From assembly GCA_951406725.2 (NCBI GenBank), contig OX597820.1, positions 100,998,001 to 101,062,000 on the forward strand: a DNA stretch of 64,000 nt, read 5' to 3'. Under the pieces are notes generated by a model that was not told the DNA's origin, did not search any database, and saw nothing but the letters and a program-made list of their open reading frames with translations. Below, piece after piece: positions 61,908-64,000 of this stretch. Each line of letters starts with the position of its first letter. Position 1 is the first letter of the stretch. A program made the translations under genes and the position numbers. This DNA comes from Octopus vulgaris (lineage: Eukaryota).

Positions 61908-62138
61908 TCAATGGAAGCAGGATTGTGAAGGATCTTCCTTCAACGGAGTTGCTCATTTAAATATAAGATTAATTTGATAGTGGTGAGAGGGTAAAAAAAA
62001 TTAATGTCAGTTTTCAGTCATTTTGTGAAACGATCAAAATGGAACACCACTGTGCCAAGAAAAAAAGGCAAAGATCGAATAATGTTTGTAGTCTGATTCA
62101 GTAAGAGAATGACAGCTTGTGTGGTTGTGTGTAAATGA

Positions 62139-62365
62139 GGCGAGCTGGCAGAAACGTTAGCACGCCAGGCGAAATGCTTAGCGGTATTTCGTCTGCGTTA
62201 CGTTGTGAGTTCAAATTCCGCCGAGGTCGACTTTGCCTTTCATCCTTTCGGGGTCGATAAATTAAGTACCAGTTACGCACTGGGGTCGATGTAATCGACT
62301 TAATACCTATGTCTGTCCTTGTTTGTCTCCTCTGTGTTTAGCCCCTTGTGGGTAATAAAGAAATA
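62139..62365 (+). mobile_element. SINE family A, young full-length copy with 17-bp TSD
   Basis: TSD GGTTGTGTGTAAATGAG at 62123-62139 and 62366-62382; CpGs intact. Confidence 0.92.
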
Positions 62366-62552
62366 GGTTGTGTGTAAATGAGAGATAGTTACAGAAAGAA
62401 GGAGAGAGAGTGACTGAACACGTGTGACCCCTGGCATGTTAGTAAAAATTTAGGTGTTGCAGATTTGTTCAGCTTGGCCAGTCTGGTTGTCGAAACAACA
62501 GCTGATAACGCTCTTAACCTATCTTAACGCATGACTGCATGTATCCTCTGTA

Positions 62553-62634
<82 letters not shown>

Positions 62635-64000
62635 TGTCTAATCGTCAGATTACCTTTCTGTCTATCACTCTTCTTTACAAATTAATCAAAGATCGACTGA
62701 GTCTCATTCAAGTTTTCGATTGGTCAGAAGTTTTACTGACGTCAGTCAATGTATTTATTGTGTAGCTTTTAGATGTCATGGATTCGTTTTCTCATGACAG
62801 CACCACTCAATTAGTCTACGAAAACCTACTGATTTGTAAAAAATAAAAATGAGTATGAGTTCAAATTATTGAAGCAGAGACCTGCTACATACCATATTGT
62901 GTTTAAATTCTTCCCATATTGTGATTATGACATCAGAATATCTGTGACGTTTGTTTACATATTTTCTAAGAGATGTTCAGTCCCTTTCAACCTTTCGCAG
63001 TGATCAGAGGCTAGGGAATGTGTGTGCCTAGGGGCTCACCTAAATATCTGAAGAGTAGTGAGAAGTCACAGTCATCTTCATCTTGTTTTTGGTGTTTGAG
63101 AGGATGTTCTATGCTTCTTTGAGTTCTTAAACACCTTGAATCTTTACCTTTTGACCGACAGATTTAAAAACTAATTTTTAGTAACTAAACTCTTTCAAAC
63201 CTCGGACACTGGTAGAATGTGTCATATAAAACATCTTTTACTTTTAACATTTTTGAGAAAAACTTATTTTTACGAAGTTATTTCACGTTAAAGTTCTTGT
63301 ATTTCGGTAATTTCAACCAATCAATGACGCGTATTCAGTTGAATAAAATTACTGCTGCTTTTATATAAAGGATAAACTTCTGGAAATGTATGCATGTATG
63401 TTTGACAACGTTCAACTATGAACCACAAAATGGTAACAAAACCACCAGAAATGACAACTAACGTGGAAATCCGGCTGTCGAACTTTGCGGACCGGCTTGC
63501 AGCCGATGAGAGCTCTGTTTCCAACACGCTTCACACATCAATGAAATGCATCCTAACAACTGTTCGCACATATGACCACATAGTAGATACTATGGAAGGC
63601 TACAATGAACATGTATGTATGTATGTATGTATGTATGTATGTATGTATGTATGTATGTATGTATGTATGTATGTATGTACGGACGCACGCATGCATGTAT
63701 GTATGTGTTTGTTATTATTCAGTTTATTTCAAGATTTCTTGCCAATAGAGAAAGAACCGGGTTCTAACCTAGACCCAAGGCTTCTTCACTGGAATTTCAA
63801 TATCAACAACAGGGTATTTTTGTTTGTTTGTGTATCTGTCTGTATTTATCTTCATCTCGCGTCCAGAACTTCGGAACCAACATTTTTCGTCAAATTCCAC
63901 CCGGGCACTCAAGAACTCCTTCTTTGCATGTTCCTATTTTATTTCCTCCAAGAATCAGTAATCCAATATGTTATATTTTATTTCGTTCTTCATTTGCTTA

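Noticed and set aside
58200-64000. Divergently transcribed neighbouring gene upstream of SAS-6
   Set aside because: Only LINE/SINE remnants, microsatellites and unclassified sequence are visible; the 63321-63527 ORF has no recognisable homology or splice support.

Overview
AT-rich, repeat-dense animal DNA. The SINE/LINE and microsatellite repertoire points to an octopus (coleoid cephalopod); this is an inference. One gene spans most of the window on the minus strand: the centriolar cartwheel protein SAS-6 (SASS6). I reconstructed it by hand as 16 coding exons (57857 to 1162), all GT-AG and phase-consistent, giving 2073 nt or 690 aa. The introns are filled with tRNA-derived SINEs, RTE- and CR1-type LINE fragments, a decayed Tc1/mariner element, piggyBac- and hAT-type MITEs and microsatellites. 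Three things stand out. (1) Several fold-back elements carry minimal hammerhead-ribozyme cores (Penelope-type), and the copies on the SAS-6 transcribed strand are truncated or mutated in the core. (2) A very homogeneous ~372-bp x 15 tandem array in intron 11 lies between a pair of DNA-transposon TIRs and presents a 3' splice-site-like sequence in every unit. (3) SAS-6 appears to lack the C-terminal KEN box. Almost all ORFs in the supplied track are spurious repeat translations.
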